64,000 bases of DNA from Thermodesulfobacteriota bacterium (GCA_049322315.1 JBMORF010000060.1:7557-71556); one strand, 5' to 3'; shown: positions 45,271 through 54,586, counted from the first letter of the stretch. The notes: generated by a model not told the origin, from the sequence alone. Translations and numbers: made by a program.

Positions 45271-46062
45271 ATGAATATCAAACAAAGCATCCGCCGAAAT
45301 TTTGCCCGCCGGGCCGCCTCGTATGACCGGTATGCCGGGGTGCAACGCCTTATGGCCCGAAATTTGCTGGCCCGAGTCCAGGAGGTGCTACCCCCGCCGG
45401 CGCGTATCCTGGAGATCGGTTGCGGCACCGGTTATCTGACCGCGCGGCTGCGGCAGGTCTATCCCCAGGCGCAACTGGTGGCCCTGGATCTGGACCCCGC
45501 CCTCATCGACCAGGCCCGCCGCCGTCTGGGGTCGGACTCAAAAGTCTCCTGGCTGGTGGCGGACGGGGAGGCTTTCATCCGGGGCGGCTTCGACCTCATT
45601 ATCTCCAACGCTACTTTCCAATGGTTCACCCACCCCCGGACCACCCTTGAGTCTCAGGCCCAAGCCCTGGCTCCTGACGGCTGTCTGGCTTTCTCCACCC
45701 TGGGCCCCTTAACCTTCAAGGAACTGGATGCTTCCTTGCGAGAGGCGGCGGCGGCCCTGAATGTGCCCCAAGCGCCGGAGATCCCCACCCGGGGCTTTGC
45801 CACCCTGAAGAAATGGGAAGATTTTCTGGAGCAGGCGGGGTTCTCCCGGGTGCAGTCGGTCCGGGAAATAGTGGAGGCCCATTTCCCCGATGTGCCGGAG
45901 TTTCTTCAGGCCCTCAAGGCTATGGGGGCTACCAACCCCCGGCCCCGCCCCTTTTCTCCCCGCTTGCTTAACGCCCTGATTCAGGCCTATGAATCCCGGT
46001 TCCGGCAAAACGGCAGCATCCCCGTCACCTATGAGATTATCTGGACCCTGGCCCGGAAGTAG
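45271..46062 (+). CDS. bioC: Malonyl-ACP O-methyltransferase BioC
   Basis: FARRAASYDRYAGVQ and SAM motif ILEIGCGTGYLT. Confidence 0.85.
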   Translation: MNIKQSIRRNFARRAASYDRYAGVQRLMARNLLARVQEVLPPPARILEIGCGTGYLTARLRQVYPQAQLVALDLDPALIDQARRRLGSDSKVSWLVADGEAFIRGGFDLIISNATFQWFTHPRTTLESQAQALAPDGCLAFSTLGPLTFKELDASLREAAAALNVPQAPEIPTRGFATLKKWEDFLEQAGFSRVQSVREIVEAHFPDVPEFLQALKAMGATNPRPRPFSPRLLNALIQAYESRFRQNGSIPVTYEIIWTLARK

Positions 46063-46065
46063 GAC

Positions 46066-46308
46066 CGTTTTTCGTTTTGGGTTTTTCGTTTTTCGTTGGG
46101 GTCTGCTATCGTTATCTTTGTGCAATTTTCTGCATACCTCTTAGCTTTTTTATTGGCAAAATCAATTAATATGTTAACATTATAAGGTTTAAGTAAGGTC
46201 GATGTTGATGGTATAGCAGCTTTTCAAACTTGTTCCTGCTAATCAAACTAAAGTAGATCACCAGATGCTTTTAACGAAAAACGAAAAACGGGAAACGGAA
46301 AACCGTAT
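46066..46308. repeat. CGTTTTT...ACGAAAA-armed intergenic element (copy 3)
   Basis: The left arm is cgttttt cgttttg ggttttt cgttttt cgttggg. The right arm is acgaaaa acgaaaa acgggaa acggaaa accgtat. The core is AT-rich. Starts 3 nt after the bioC stop. Confidence 0.9.
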
Positions 46309-46315
46309 TTAAGCT

Positions 46316-48184
46316 ATGTCCGAATTACTCACAGGCCAGCCGGGTGAACGGCGGTTATTTCTGGGAAACGAGGCCATTGTTCGGGGGGCCCTGGAGGCCG
46401 GGGTCGCCCTGGTCGCCACCTACCCCGGCACCCCCGCCTCGGAGATCGGCGACCGCTGTTACGAAATCTCCCGGCAAACGGACCTCTACTTCGAATACTC
46501 CGTCAATGAAAAGGTGGCCCTGGAAGTGGCCGCGGGGGCGGCGGCCTCCGGCTGGCGCTCTCTGTGTTCCATGAAGCACGTGGGCCTCAACGTGGCCGCG
46601 GACACCCTGATGACCCTGGCCTATGTGGGCGTTAAAGCCGGGTTGGTCATCATCAGCGCCGACGACCCTTCTCTCTTTTCCAGCCAGAACGAACAAGATA
46701 ACCGCTACTACGCCAAAATGTCGGGTATCCCTATGCTGGAGCCGTCTTCCCCCCAGGAAGCCAAAGAGATGACCCGGGCCGCGTTCAAGATTTCCGAGGA
46801 GTTGCAACTGCCGGTGCTGCTCCGCACCACCACCCGCATTAACCATTCCCGGGCCCCGGTGACCTTGGGAGAACTGGCCCCCTTTCCCCGCCCCGGTTTT
46901 TTCCCCAAAGAGCCTTTCCAGAAAGTGATGGTTCCCATGGTGGCCCGCCAGGGCCATGTACGGCTGCTGGAGGCCCAGGCCCGGGCCGCGGACCAGGCCG
47001 AGGTTTCCGGCTTTAACCGGATATCTGGTCAAGGGACCTGGGGCATCGTCACCAGCGGCGTGAGCAGCAGCTACGTGGAAGACGCCTTGGCCGAACTGGG
47101 TCTGAAAGACCGGGTGTGGCTTCTCAAGCTGGGCTTCACCCACCCCCTGCCGGTAAATCTGATCACCAAGTTTCTGGCGCCTCTGGAAAAGGTGCTGGTG
47201 GTGGAGGAATTGGAGCCGTACCTGGAGGAGAGCCTCCGGGCCATCGCCCAGGCCCAGGGTTTGACCCTGCCCATCCAGGGGAAGAGCCCGGCCCTCTTTT
47301 CCCGGCTCTATGAGTATCATCCGGCCCTGGTGCGCCGGGTCACGGCCCGGTATTTCGGCGTGCCCGACAAGGTCACGGAGCCTCCGGAACCGGCGGCGAT
47401 TCTGGGACAGCCCCTGCCGGAGCGGCCCCCCAACCTCTGTCCGGGTTGCCCCCACCGTGCCATGTATTATTCCGTGAAAATAGCTTTAAAAGACTTGGGC
47501 GTCGAAGGGGTCTTCCCCACGGACATCGGCTGCTACACCCTGGGGCTGCTGCCGCCCCTTTCCATGGCCGATATCCTCATCTGTATGGGCTCTTCCATCA
47601 ACAACGCCGCGGGCATTTCCCGGGCCACGGAGCAGAAGGTGGTGGCCTTTATCGGTGATTCCACCTTTTTCCATGCCGGCCTGCCGGGCCTGACCAACGC
47701 CGTGCACCAAAACCATGATTTTCTCCTGGTCATCCTGGACAACGGCACTACGGCCATGACCGGCCACCAGCCGCATCCGGGGGTGTCCCTCACTCCCGTT
47801 GGCTACCCGTGCGAACACGTGCCCCTCAAGCGGGTGGTCAAGGCCCTGGGCGTGGAAAAACTCTGGGTGGTCAATCCCTTTAAATATCAGGAGGCCCTTA
47901 AGGCCACCAAAGAAGCGGTAAGCGCCACCGGGGTGCGGGTTCTTATTGCCGAGGCCCCTTGTCATCTGCATGTGCACCGGCTCCAGGGTAAGAAAAGCCA
48001 GGCCCGCTTCCAGGTCACCGACCAGTGCCGGGACTGCCGCCACTGTCTGGATTACTTCGGCTGTCCGGCTATGCAACTGAACGATAAGCCGGAAGGAGGC
48101 CGCATGCTCATCGACACCGACCTCTGCACCGGCTGCGCCTTCTGCGTCCAATGGTGCGAGGCCATCCGGCCGGTGAAGAAGTGA
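46316..48184 (+). CDS. iorA: Indolepyruvate ferredoxin oxidoreductase alpha subunit
   Basis: TPP motif GDSTFFHAG and a C-terminal 4Fe-4S domain (CRDCRHC, CTGCAFCVQWC). Confidence 0.9.
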   Translation: MSELLTGQPGERRLFLGNEAIVRGALEAGVALVATYPGTPASEIGDRCYEISRQTDLYFEYSVNEKVALEVAAGAAASGWRSLCSMKHVGLNVAADTLMTLAYVGVKAGLVIISADDPSLFSSQNEQDNRYYAKMSGIPMLEPSSPQEAKEMTRAAFKISEELQLPVLLRTTTRINHSRAPVTLGELAPFPRPGFFPKEPFQKVMVPMVARQGHVRLLEAQARAADQAEVSGFNRISGQGTWGIVTSGVSSSYVEDALAELGLKDRVWLLKLGFTHPLPVNLITKFLAPLEKVLVVEELEPYLEESLRAIAQAQGLTLPIQGKSPALFSRLYEYHPALVRRVTARYFGVPDKVTEPPEPAAILGQPLPERPPNLCPGCPHRAMYYSVKIALKDLGVEGVFPTDIGCYTLGLLPPLSMADILICMGSSINNAAGISRATEQKVVAFIGDSTFFHAGLPGLTNAVHQNHDFLLVILDNGTTAMTGHQPHPGVSLTPVGYPCEHVPLKRVVKALGVEKLWVVNPFKYQEALKATKEAVSATGVRVLIAEAPCHLHVHRLQGKKSQARFQVTDQCRDCRHCLDYFGCPAMQLNDKPEGGRMLIDTDLCTGCAFCVQWCEAIRPVKK

Positions 48185-48271
48185 GCGGTGAGCGGTGAGC
48201 GGTGAGCAGTAATAAGTAATAAGTAATAAGTAATAAGTAATAAGTAATAAGTAATCAGTTAATAGTGGGCA
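48181..48271 (+). repeat. Phased heptamer array GTGAGCG x4 then GTAATAA x6 and variants (13 units)
   Basis: The first unit contains the iorA stop TGA (48182-48184). Confidence 0.95.
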
Positions 48272-48315
48272 AGAATAGGTAAGGCCGTGGCGGAATTGAT
48301 AATTTAAGATAGGAG

Positions 48316-48343
48316 CCGGTGGCACAGGCGTCTCGCCTGTGCA
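48316..48343 (+). repeat. REP-B copy, 28 of 28 identical to the left REP of the RAYT
   Basis: CCGGTGGCACAGGCGTCTCGCCTGTGCA, identical to 37423-37450. Confidence 0.95.
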
Positions 48344-48362
48344 TGAAAAGCGAGGGACAGAA

Positions 48363-48887
48363 ATGATGAAGGGAGAATTTGATGAGATTGAATTGAAAAT
48401 TAAAGAAATACTTGAAAAGATTGCCCAGCAAGCCGTTGAAGATGGTGGTTATACCAATGAATGGTGGACAAAGAGAATTAAATCTGAACTTTGCATTTTA
48501 GGCCATGAGAAAGGGTATAGTGTCAGTGCAACAGGATGTGAGCGTCTAGAAAAAGCTCCAGAGACTGGAGAATGGCTGTTTGATCTGATTTGGGCAAAAG
48601 GCGAGGGTCATCCATGGATTTTTCGAGAAATGCCCTTAGCTAGGGAATGCGAATGGCCTTTAAATGAAAATGAAATATGGTGGGATTTTGAGAAACTTTT
48701 AGTAATTAGAAGTAAATATCGTATTTTTATTTTTGATAAAAGAAAAAGAGAGGATATTGAGAGACTTTTTAATGAATTTAATGATGCAATTCATGGTTTC
48801 GAGAGTTCACAAAAGGGAGACAGGTATCTTTTAGCCGGTTTTTCTTGCGAAGATAATAATTTCAAATTTCGACAGGTAATCGCCTAA
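48363..48887 (+). CDS. Hypothetical protein (174 aa), AT-rich orphan between iorA and iorB
   Basis: Start at ATG 48363 with RBS GAGGGA (the track start lies inside the REP). No family recognised. A weak PD-(D/E)xK-like pattern is present (EWLFDLIW...ECEW...DFEKLL). Confidence 0.5.
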   Translation: MMKGEFDEIELKIKEILEKIAQQAVEDGGYTNEWWTKRIKSELCILGHEKGYSVSATGCERLEKAPETGEWLFDLIWAKGEGHPWIFREMPLARECEWPLNENEIWWDFEKLLVIRSKYRIFIFDKRKREDIERLFNEFNDAIHGFESSQKGDRYLLAGFSCEDNNFKFRQVIA

Positions 48888-48893
48888 TAAATC

Positions 48894-49562
48894 ATGAGCG
48901 CCACGGAAAACGGAAAACGGAAAACGGAAAACGCCACCCTCCGGCTCCGCATCTTCCTCACCGGCGTGGGCGGCCAGGGGACCCTCCTGGCCAGCCGGGT
49001 CTTGGGGGAGGCGGGGATGGAGGCCGGGTTTGCTCCCCTGGTGAGCGAAACCCACGGCATGGCCCAACGGGGCGGCATCGTCGTCTCCACCGTGGTCCTG
49101 GGGGAGGTGAAAAGCCCCATTATTTCTCCGGGGGAGGCGGATGTGCTCCTGGGTTTCGAGGCCCTGGAGACCTTCCGGGCTTTAAGCTATTGCCATGACC
49201 GCAGCCTGGTGATCGCCAACACCGCGGCCGTGGCCCCTTATCCGGTGGCCATCGGCCAGGCCCAGTATCCCCCGGTGGCCCACCTCCTGGAACTTATAAG
49301 CGAACACGTGGGCGGGCTTTTGGCTTTTGACGCCGGCGCCCTGGCCCGGCAGGCCGGCAGCGCCCTGGCGGTAAACATGGTCCTCCTGGGAGCCCTGGCC
49401 GCCACCCCTTACCTGCCCTTTAGCCTGGAGGACCTGCGGCACATACTTCGGACCCGCACCAATCCGAAATTCCTGGAGGCCAACCTGAACGCCTTCCAAG
49501 CCGGCGTGGACGCCGCCCAGGATTCTCAATATTGGCTACGCCGTCTTGCGTCCTGGCATTGA
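48894..49562 (+). CDS. iorB: Indolepyruvate ferredoxin oxidoreductase beta subunit
   Basis: IFLTGVGGQGTLLASRVL. The N-terminal 13 codons or so are repeat-encoded. Confidence 0.85.
   Translation: MSATENGKRKTENATLRLRIFLTGVGGQGTLLASRVLGEAGMEAGFAPLVSETHGMAQRGGIVVSTVVLGEVKSPIISPGEADVLLGFEALETFRALSYCHDRSLVIANTAAVAPYPVAIGQAQYPPVAHLLELISEHVGGLLAFDAGALARQAGSALAVNMVLLGALAATPYLPFSLEDLRHILRTRTNPKFLEANLNAFQAGVDAAQDSQYWLRRLASWH
48903..48937 (+). repeat. Heptamer array ACGGAAA x4 plus ACGCCAC inside the iorB 5' end
   Basis: Encodes ENGKRKTEN. Confidence 0.9.
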
Positions 49563-49626
49563 CTCGCCCTTAAAGCATAGTTATGTTTTGCTGGAGGATA
49601 TTAGTAAAACTTTTACAGGCAGAACC

Positions 49627-50070
49627 ATGATGGTTTTTTTACAGGGACCGCAGCCGACCAAATATTGGCAATGGTCCCATACCGCGGACCTGGGCCTGCG
49701 GATCTGGGGTAGTACCCCAGAGGAGCTCTTTGAAAACGCCGGAGAAGCGCTGACCGCCGTCCTGACGGACCGGCGGCGGCTGCGGCTCCGGCGCCGGGAA
49801 GAGATTACGGTGGAAGCCGACGATCTGGAAGCCCTCCTGGTTGCGTGGCTCAATCACTTGCTTTATCTTTATGACGTGGACGCTTTTTTGGCTAGGGAAT
49901 TTCAGGTACAGGAGTTAAGTCCCCGACACTTGAAAGCCCAAGCCCGGGGGGAAACCTACGATCCCCAAAGGCACGAGGCCAAGACCGCGGTCAAGGCCGC
50001 CACGTACCACCACTTGGAGATCGTTAAACGGAACGGTGGCTGGCAAGCGACCGTGATTTTAGACCTATGA
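49627..50070 (+). CDS. Archease
   Basis: WSHTADLGLRIWG, KAATYHHLEI. Start set at Met28 of the track ORF. Confidence 0.8.
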   Translation: MMVFLQGPQPTKYWQWSHTADLGLRIWGSTPEELFENAGEALTAVLTDRRRLRLRRREEITVEADDLEALLVAWLNHLLYLYDVDAFLAREFQVQELSPRHLKAQARGETYDPQRHEAKTAVKAATYHHLEIVKRNGGWQATVILDL

Positions 50071-50073
50071 GGG

Positions 50074-50178
50074 GCTATTAGTAATAAGTGATAAGTAATA
50101 AGTGATCAATTATTAATAAATTCTTATGACTTATGACTTATGACTTATGACTTATGACTTATTACTTATTGCTGTCTA
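50074..50178. repeat. Inverted heptamer arms GTRATAA x4 / CTTATGA x5 plus CTTATTR (15 phased units)
   Basis: Starts 3 nt after the archease stop and ends 2 nt before the rtcB ATG. Confidence 0.95.
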
Positions 50179-50180
50179 AA

Positions 50181-51629
50181 ATGGCCAATCAAGTCAAGCT
50201 CCGCCAGGTGGATGAGTACCGCTGGGAGATTCCCCGGGAAGGAAAGATGCGCACCCGGGGTTTGATCTTCGCCTCCCGGAAGATGCTCACCAAGATCCAG
50301 GACGACCAGAGTCTGCAGCAGGTAGCCAACGTGGCCACCTTGCCGGGCATTGAAGGCGCCTCCCTGGCCATGCCTGACATCCATTGGGGTTACGGCTTCC
50401 CCATCGGCGGGGTGGCGGCCTTTAACCTGGAAGAAGGGGTGGTCTCCCCCGGGGGGGTGGGCTACGACATCAACTGCGGCGTGCGCCTGCTGCGCACCAA
50501 CCTGGCCAAGCCGGAGGTGGCGCCCCGCATCGAGGAGCTGGTCAACGCCCTGTTCGGCAACATCCCTTCGGGTCTGGGCTCCCGGAGGAAGGATTTAAAG
50601 CTCACCGTCCCCTCCTTGCACGAGGTGTTGCGCCTGGGGGCCGGCTGGGCCGTAAAAAAAGGCTTCGGCACCAAGGAAGACCTGGCCCACATCGAGGCCC
50701 AGGGCCGGATTTCCGGGGCCGACCCGGAGTTGGTCTCCCAGTTTGCCATGGACCGGGGCAAGGACCAGTTGGGGACTTTGGGCTCCGGCAACCACTTCGT
50801 GGAAGTGGGTTATGTCCTGGAGATTTACGACCAGGCAGTGGCTGCGGCCCTGGGACTCTTTGAAGACCAGATTACGGTGATTGTCCACACCGGCTCCCGG
50901 GGTCTGGGACACCAGGTGTGCGATGACTATATTAAGTTAATGCTCAAGGCCACCAAAAAGTATGGCATTGAACTCCCGGACCGCCAGCTTTGCTGCGCGC
51001 CTTTAAGTTCGCCGGAAGGCCAGCAATATCTGGCGGCCATGGCTGCCGCGGCCAATTTCGCCTTTGCCAACCGGCAGATGATCACCCATTGGGTCCGGGA
51101 GAGCTTCGAGCAGGTCTTGCAGATGGGTCCTAAGGATTTGGGGTTGGAGCTGATTTACGACGTGGCCCACAACATCGCCAAGATCGAGGAACACCGGGTC
51201 AACGGCAAAAAGAAAAAGGTCTGCGTTCATCGCAAGGGCGCTACCCGGGCCTTTCCCCCGGGCCACCCGGAGACGCCGGAAGCCTATCAGGAGACGGGCC
51301 AGCCGGTGCTCATCCCCGGGGACATGGGGCGCTATTCTTTTGTGCTGGTGGGCACGGAAAAAGCCTTGACGGAAACCTTCGGCAGCACCTGCCACGGCGC
51401 CGGCCGGGAGATGTCCCGGTCCCAGGCTCTGAAAACGGCCCGGGGACGCTCCGTCATCCAGGAATTGAAGGCCCAGGGCATCGTCGTCAGGGGCGCGGGT
51501 AGGGCCACGGTGGACGAAGAGATCCCCGAGGCCTACAAAGACGTGGAAATGGTGGTGGAGGTGGCCCACGGCGCGGGAATTTCCCGGAAAGTGGCGAAGC
51601 TGAAGCCTTTGGGAGTGATTAAGGGATAG
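50181..51629 (+). CDS. rtcB: RNA-splicing ligase RtcB
   Basis: [15 protein letters not shown] and [11 protein letters not shown]. Start at MANQVKL. Confidence 0.95.
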   Translation: MANQVKLRQVDEYRWEIPREGKMRTRGLIFASRKMLTKIQDDQSLQQVANVATLPGIEGASLAMPDIHWGYGFPIGGVAAFNLEEGVVSPGGVGYDINCGVRLLRTNLAKPEVAPRIEELVNALFGNIPSGLGSRRKDLKLTVPSLHEVLRLGAGWAVKKGFGTKEDLAHIEAQGRISGADPELVSQFAMDRGKDQLGTLGSGNHFVEVGYVLEIYDQAVAAALGLFEDQITVIVHTGSRGLGHQVCDDYIKLMLKATKKYGIELPDRQLCCAPLSSPEGQQYLAAMAAAANFAFANRQMITHWVRESFEQVLQMGPKDLGLELIYDVAHNIAKIEEHRVNGKKKKVCVHRKGATRAFPPGHPETPEAYQETGQPVLIPGDMGRYSFVLVGTEKALTETFGSTCHGAGREMSRSQALKTARGRSVIQELKAQGIVVRGAGRATVDEEIPEAYKDVEMVVEVAHGAGISRKVAKLKPLGVIKG

Positions 51630-51656
51630 TTCAAAGTTCAAGGTTAGGTCTGCAAG
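51629..51656 (+). repeat. Heptamer arm GTTCAAR x2 plus degenerate units
   Basis: gttcaaa gttcaag gttaggt ctgcaag. The first base is the last base of the rtcB stop. Confidence 0.85.
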
Positions 51657-51691
51657 CTGAGTTTTTAGATAGGAAGAGAAAGAAGGCAAGC

Positions 51692-51994
51692 ATGCCAATA
51701 ATCGAACTACCACATGGAAATGCCTCGTTCGATTCTGATGATTTAAAAGGATATATTAGAGCAACAGGTAGGAACTACATCATACAAGGACAGCAAAATT
51801 GTAGTAGAAAAAATCATACTAAGCCTCAAAGCTTGGACTGTTGGCTAAAAGGTAATTGTACTCAATATTCTGATACTAAACAAGCAGTAAATGAAGTAAT
51901 ATATGGTCTTATAAACACTGGAGAATTTAGGGAAGGAAGATATATCTGTCCTGATACTGGAAGATGGGCCAAAGGAATCCAAATAATAGATTAA
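51692..51994 (+). CDS. Hypothetical protein (100 aa), AT-rich orphan
   Basis: ATG with upstream GAAGG. No family recognised. Four Cys residues. Confidence 0.4.
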   Translation: MPIIELPHGNASFDSDDLKGYIRATGRNYIIQGQQNCSRKNHTKPQSLDCWLKGNCTQYSDTKQAVNEVIYGLINTGEFREGRYICPDTGRWAKGIQIID

Positions 51995-52010
51995 ACTATA
52001 GCAGCACTAA

Positions 52011-52092
52011 CCTTGAACCTTGAACCTTGAACCTTGAACTTCTCGACAGCAGTCAAAAGCTGACCGCTGATAGCTGAAAGCTGATAGCTAAT
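52011..52092. repeat. Heptamer arm CCTTGAA x4 followed by CTGAYMG-type units (12 phased units)
   Basis: ccttgaa x4, cttctcg acagcag tcaaaag ctgaccg ctgatag ctgaaag ctgatag ctaatat. Ends at the ffh ATG. Confidence 0.9.
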
Positions 52093-53430
52093 ATGTTCGA
52101 CCGACTCTCCGACAAATTAGCCGCGGTCTTCAAAAAACTCAAAGGCCATGGCAAGCTCAACGAGGCCCAGGTAAACGAGGCCCTCCGGGAGGTGCGGCTC
52201 GCCCTGTTGGAGGCCGACGTCCATTACAAGGTGACCAAGAGCTTCATTGAGTCCATTAAGGCCAGGGCCGTGGGCGAAGAGGTGATGCGCTCCTTAACCC
52301 CGGCCCAGCAGGTGATAAAAATCGTCCACGAGGAGTTGACCCAGCTTTTGGGGGGCGAATCCCCCCGTCTGGACTTAGGCGGCAAGCCCCCGGTGGCCCT
52401 GATGCTGGTGGGCCTCCAGGGCTCCGGTAAAACCACCACCGCGGGCAAGTTGGCCCGGCGCCTTAAAAGCCAGGGCCGCCAGCCTTATTTAGTGCCCGCG
52501 GACGTCCAGCGGCCCGCGGCCATCGAGCAATTGAAACGTTTGGGCGCCGATCTGGGGGTGGAGGTCTATCCCTCCCGGACTGATCAGAACCCGGTGGCCA
52601 TCGCCGACGCCGCCATGGAAGCGGCCTACACCGCGGGCTATGATACCGTCATCCTGGACACCGCCGGTCGCCTCCATATCGATGCGCCCTTAATGGCAGA
52701 ACTTAAGGCCATCAGGGAAAAGACGGAGCCCCAGGAAATCCTCCTGGTGGCCGACGCCATGACAGGCCAGGACGCAGTGCAGGTGGCCCAAAAATTTCAC
52801 GACCTGCTAAAGCTCACCGGGGTCATCCTCACCAAGATGGAGGGCGACGCCCGGGGCGGCGCGGCCCTGTCCATGCGGGCGGTGATCGGCAAACCCATCA
52901 AGTTTCTGGGGGTGGGGGAAAAATTGGACGCCCTGGAGGTCTTCCACCCGGATCGCCTCAGCTCCCGCATCCTGGGCATGGGCGACGTCCTCACCCTCAT
53001 CGAGAAGGCCCAGGAGACCTTCGACGCCGGCCAGGCCCAAGCCCTGGAAAAAAAGCTACGAAAAGAGGGCTTTACCCTGGAAGATTTCCGGGACCAATTG
53101 CGGCAGATCAAAAAGATGGGTACAATGGAACAATTACTCAGCATGATCCCGGGCATCGGCAAGAACAAGGCCCTGAAAGGGATGCAACCCGACGAACGGG
53201 AACTGAAACGGGTGGAGGCCATCATCAACTCCATGACCCCCAAAGAAAGGTCCGACCACCAGATCATCGACGGCAGCCGGCGTCGGCGCATCGCTCAAGG
53301 CAGCGGCACCACCGTCCAAGACGTCAATCGCTTGCTAAAAAATTTCGGCATGACCCAAAAAATGATTAAACAAATGACCCAGGGTGGCAAAAAGGGCAAA
53401 CCCCCCTTCTTCCCGGGGAAATTTTTTTAA
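52093..53430 (+). CDS. ffh: Signal recognition particle protein Ffh
   Basis: GLQGSGKTTTAGKLA, DTAGR, and a Met-rich M domain. Confidence 0.95.
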   Translation: MFDRLSDKLAAVFKKLKGHGKLNEAQVNEALREVRLALLEADVHYKVTKSFIESIKARAVGEEVMRSLTPAQQVIKIVHEELTQLLGGESPRLDLGGKPPVALMLVGLQGSGKTTTAGKLARRLKSQGRQPYLVPADVQRPAAIEQLKRLGADLGVEVYPSRTDQNPVAIADAAMEAAYTAGYDTVILDTAGRLHIDAPLMAELKAIREKTEPQEILLVADAMTGQDAVQVAQKFHDLLKLTGVILTKMEGDARGGAALSMRAVIGKPIKFLGVGEKLDALEVFHPDRLSSRILGMGDVLTLIEKAQETFDAGQAQALEKKLRKEGFTLEDFRDQLRQIKKMGTMEQLLSMIPGIGKNKALKGMQPDERELKRVEAIINSMTPKERSDHQIIDGSRRRRIAQGSGTTVQDVNRLLKNFGMTQKMIKQMTQGGKKGKPPFFPGKFF

Positions 53431-53494
53431 TTGGGCAGGGGCTTAGGTTCCGGCTCCTCTCATCATCAAATCTAAAGGAGGATAAGACAGCTTC

Positions 53495-53758
53495 ATGGCA
53501 TTACGTATCCGGTTGGCCCGTTTCGGCGCCAAAAAGCGCCCTTACTATCGCCTCGTGGTGACTAATAACGAGTCCCCCCGGGATGGCAAGTTTCTGGAGA
53601 TCGTAGGTTCGTACGATCCTAATCAAGATCCGGCTGCAGTTACGGTGAAAGAGGACCTCCTGGCCTTGTGGTTAGGCCGGGGAGCTACCCCGACGGACAC
53701 TGTGGCCAGTCTCCTGAAGCGACGGGGAACCCCCGCCGCAGCTGCATCTGCAGACTGA
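53495..53758 (+). CDS. rpsP: 30S ribosomal protein S16
   Basis: MALRIRLARFGAKKRPYYRLVV. Confidence 0.95.
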   Translation: MALRIRLARFGAKKRPYYRLVVTNNESPRDGKFLEIVGSYDPNQDPAAVTVKEDLLALWLGRGATPTDTVASLLKRRGTPAAAASAD

Positions 53759-53820
53759 ACCGCGTTCGCCCGGGAGAAATTTAAGAGGTGGATTCCCCTA
53801 TCCTCGACGAGGTGGCGACA

Positions 53821-54051
53821 ATGAAAGACTTGGTAAAATTCATCGCACAAGCTCTTGTGGACCAACCGGATCACGTGCAGGTCAAGGAAATCGAGGGAGA
53901 GCAGACCTCCGTCATCGAGCTCAAAGTGGCCAAGGAAGATCTGGGGAAAGTGATCGGCAAGCAGGGGCGTACGGCCAGGGCTATGCGCACTATTTTGAGT
54001 GCGGCCTCCACCAAGATTCGTAAACGCGCGGTCCTGGAGATTCTTGAGTAA
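53821..54051 (+). CDS. khpA: KH-domain RNA-binding protein (KhpA/YlqC)
   Basis: [19 protein letters not shown] and [18 protein letters not shown]. Confidence 0.85.
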   Translation: MKDLVKFIAQALVDQPDHVQVKEIEGEQTSVIELKVAKEDLGKVIGKQGRTARAMRTILSAASTKIRKRAVLEILE

Positions 54052-54082
54052 GACAAGCAGGGCTGCCTCCGTATGGGCAGGA

Positions 54083-54586
54083 TTGGGGCGGGTGGCCGGA
54101 GCACATGGACTCCGGGGCGCTCTAAAACTGCGGCCGGATGCGGCCACCGCCACTACCGACCCCGAGGTTATCGCCGCCCTGGGAGAAGTGGAAGTTGGGG
54201 GAAGACGCCACCGGGTGTTGGACGCGGGACGTCTGAAAGGGCAGATTTTGTTGCGCCTGGAGGGTATTGAGACCCGGAACCAGGCGGAGTCCCTCATCGG
54301 GCAGGAGGTCAAAGGGGAGACGAGCCGCTTTCCGCCGCTGCCCGAAGGCGAATATTACTGGTTCCAGGTTTTGGGGTTGCCGGTTCTCCATGCGGCCGAC
54401 GAGGCCTTATTGGGGCATCTGGAGGAGATCATCCCCACGCCGGGCCATGACGTCTACGTGGTGCGCCGGGGGGAAAAGGAGTTGCTCCTCCCCGCGGTGG
54501 AGGAGGTGATAACCGCCATCAATCTGGAAGAGGGCTGGATCAAGGTGATGCCGCCTCCGGGGCTGCTGGAAGCCTATGCTGATTGA
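54083..54586 (+). CDS. rimM: Ribosome maturation factor RimM
   Basis: GRVAGAHGLRGALKL and a PRC barrel (EGEYYWFQVLGL). The TTG start at 54083 is inferred and uncertain. Confidence 0.8.
   Translation: MGRVAGAHGLRGALKLRPDAATATTDPEVIAALGEVEVGGRRHRVLDAGRLKGQILLRLEGIETRNQAESLIGQEVKGETSRFPPLPEGEYYWFQVLGLPVLHAADEALLGHLEEIIPTPGHDVYVVRRGEKELLLPAVEEVITAINLEEGWIKVMPPPGLLEAYAD

Noticed and set aside
46148-46170. Sigma-54-like TGGCA element upstream of iorA
   Set aside because: TGGCAAAATCAATT lacks the conserved -12 GC/TTGC element at the correct spacing.
46355-47455. 366-aa minus-strand ORF antisense to iorA. The same applies to 39395-40351 antisense to ftsK and 62302-63144 antisense to the AI-2E transporter.
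   Set aside because: These are antisense to strongly supported genes, their composition is driven by GC content, and they carry no motifs.
48307-48314. Shared 8-mer AGATAGGA upstream of both AT-rich orphans (48307 and 51667)
   Set aside because: An 8-nt match in AT-rich sequence is within chance expectation, and there is no further flanking similarity.
24719-52092. Interpreting the inverted heptamer arms as integron attC sites and the AT-rich orphans as integron cassettes
   Set aside because: No integron integrase, attI or Pc promoter is present in the window. The arms are microsatellite arrays of variable flavour rather than R''/L''-L'/R' attC structure, and housekeeping bioD is bracketed in the same way. 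This is retained only as an analogy.
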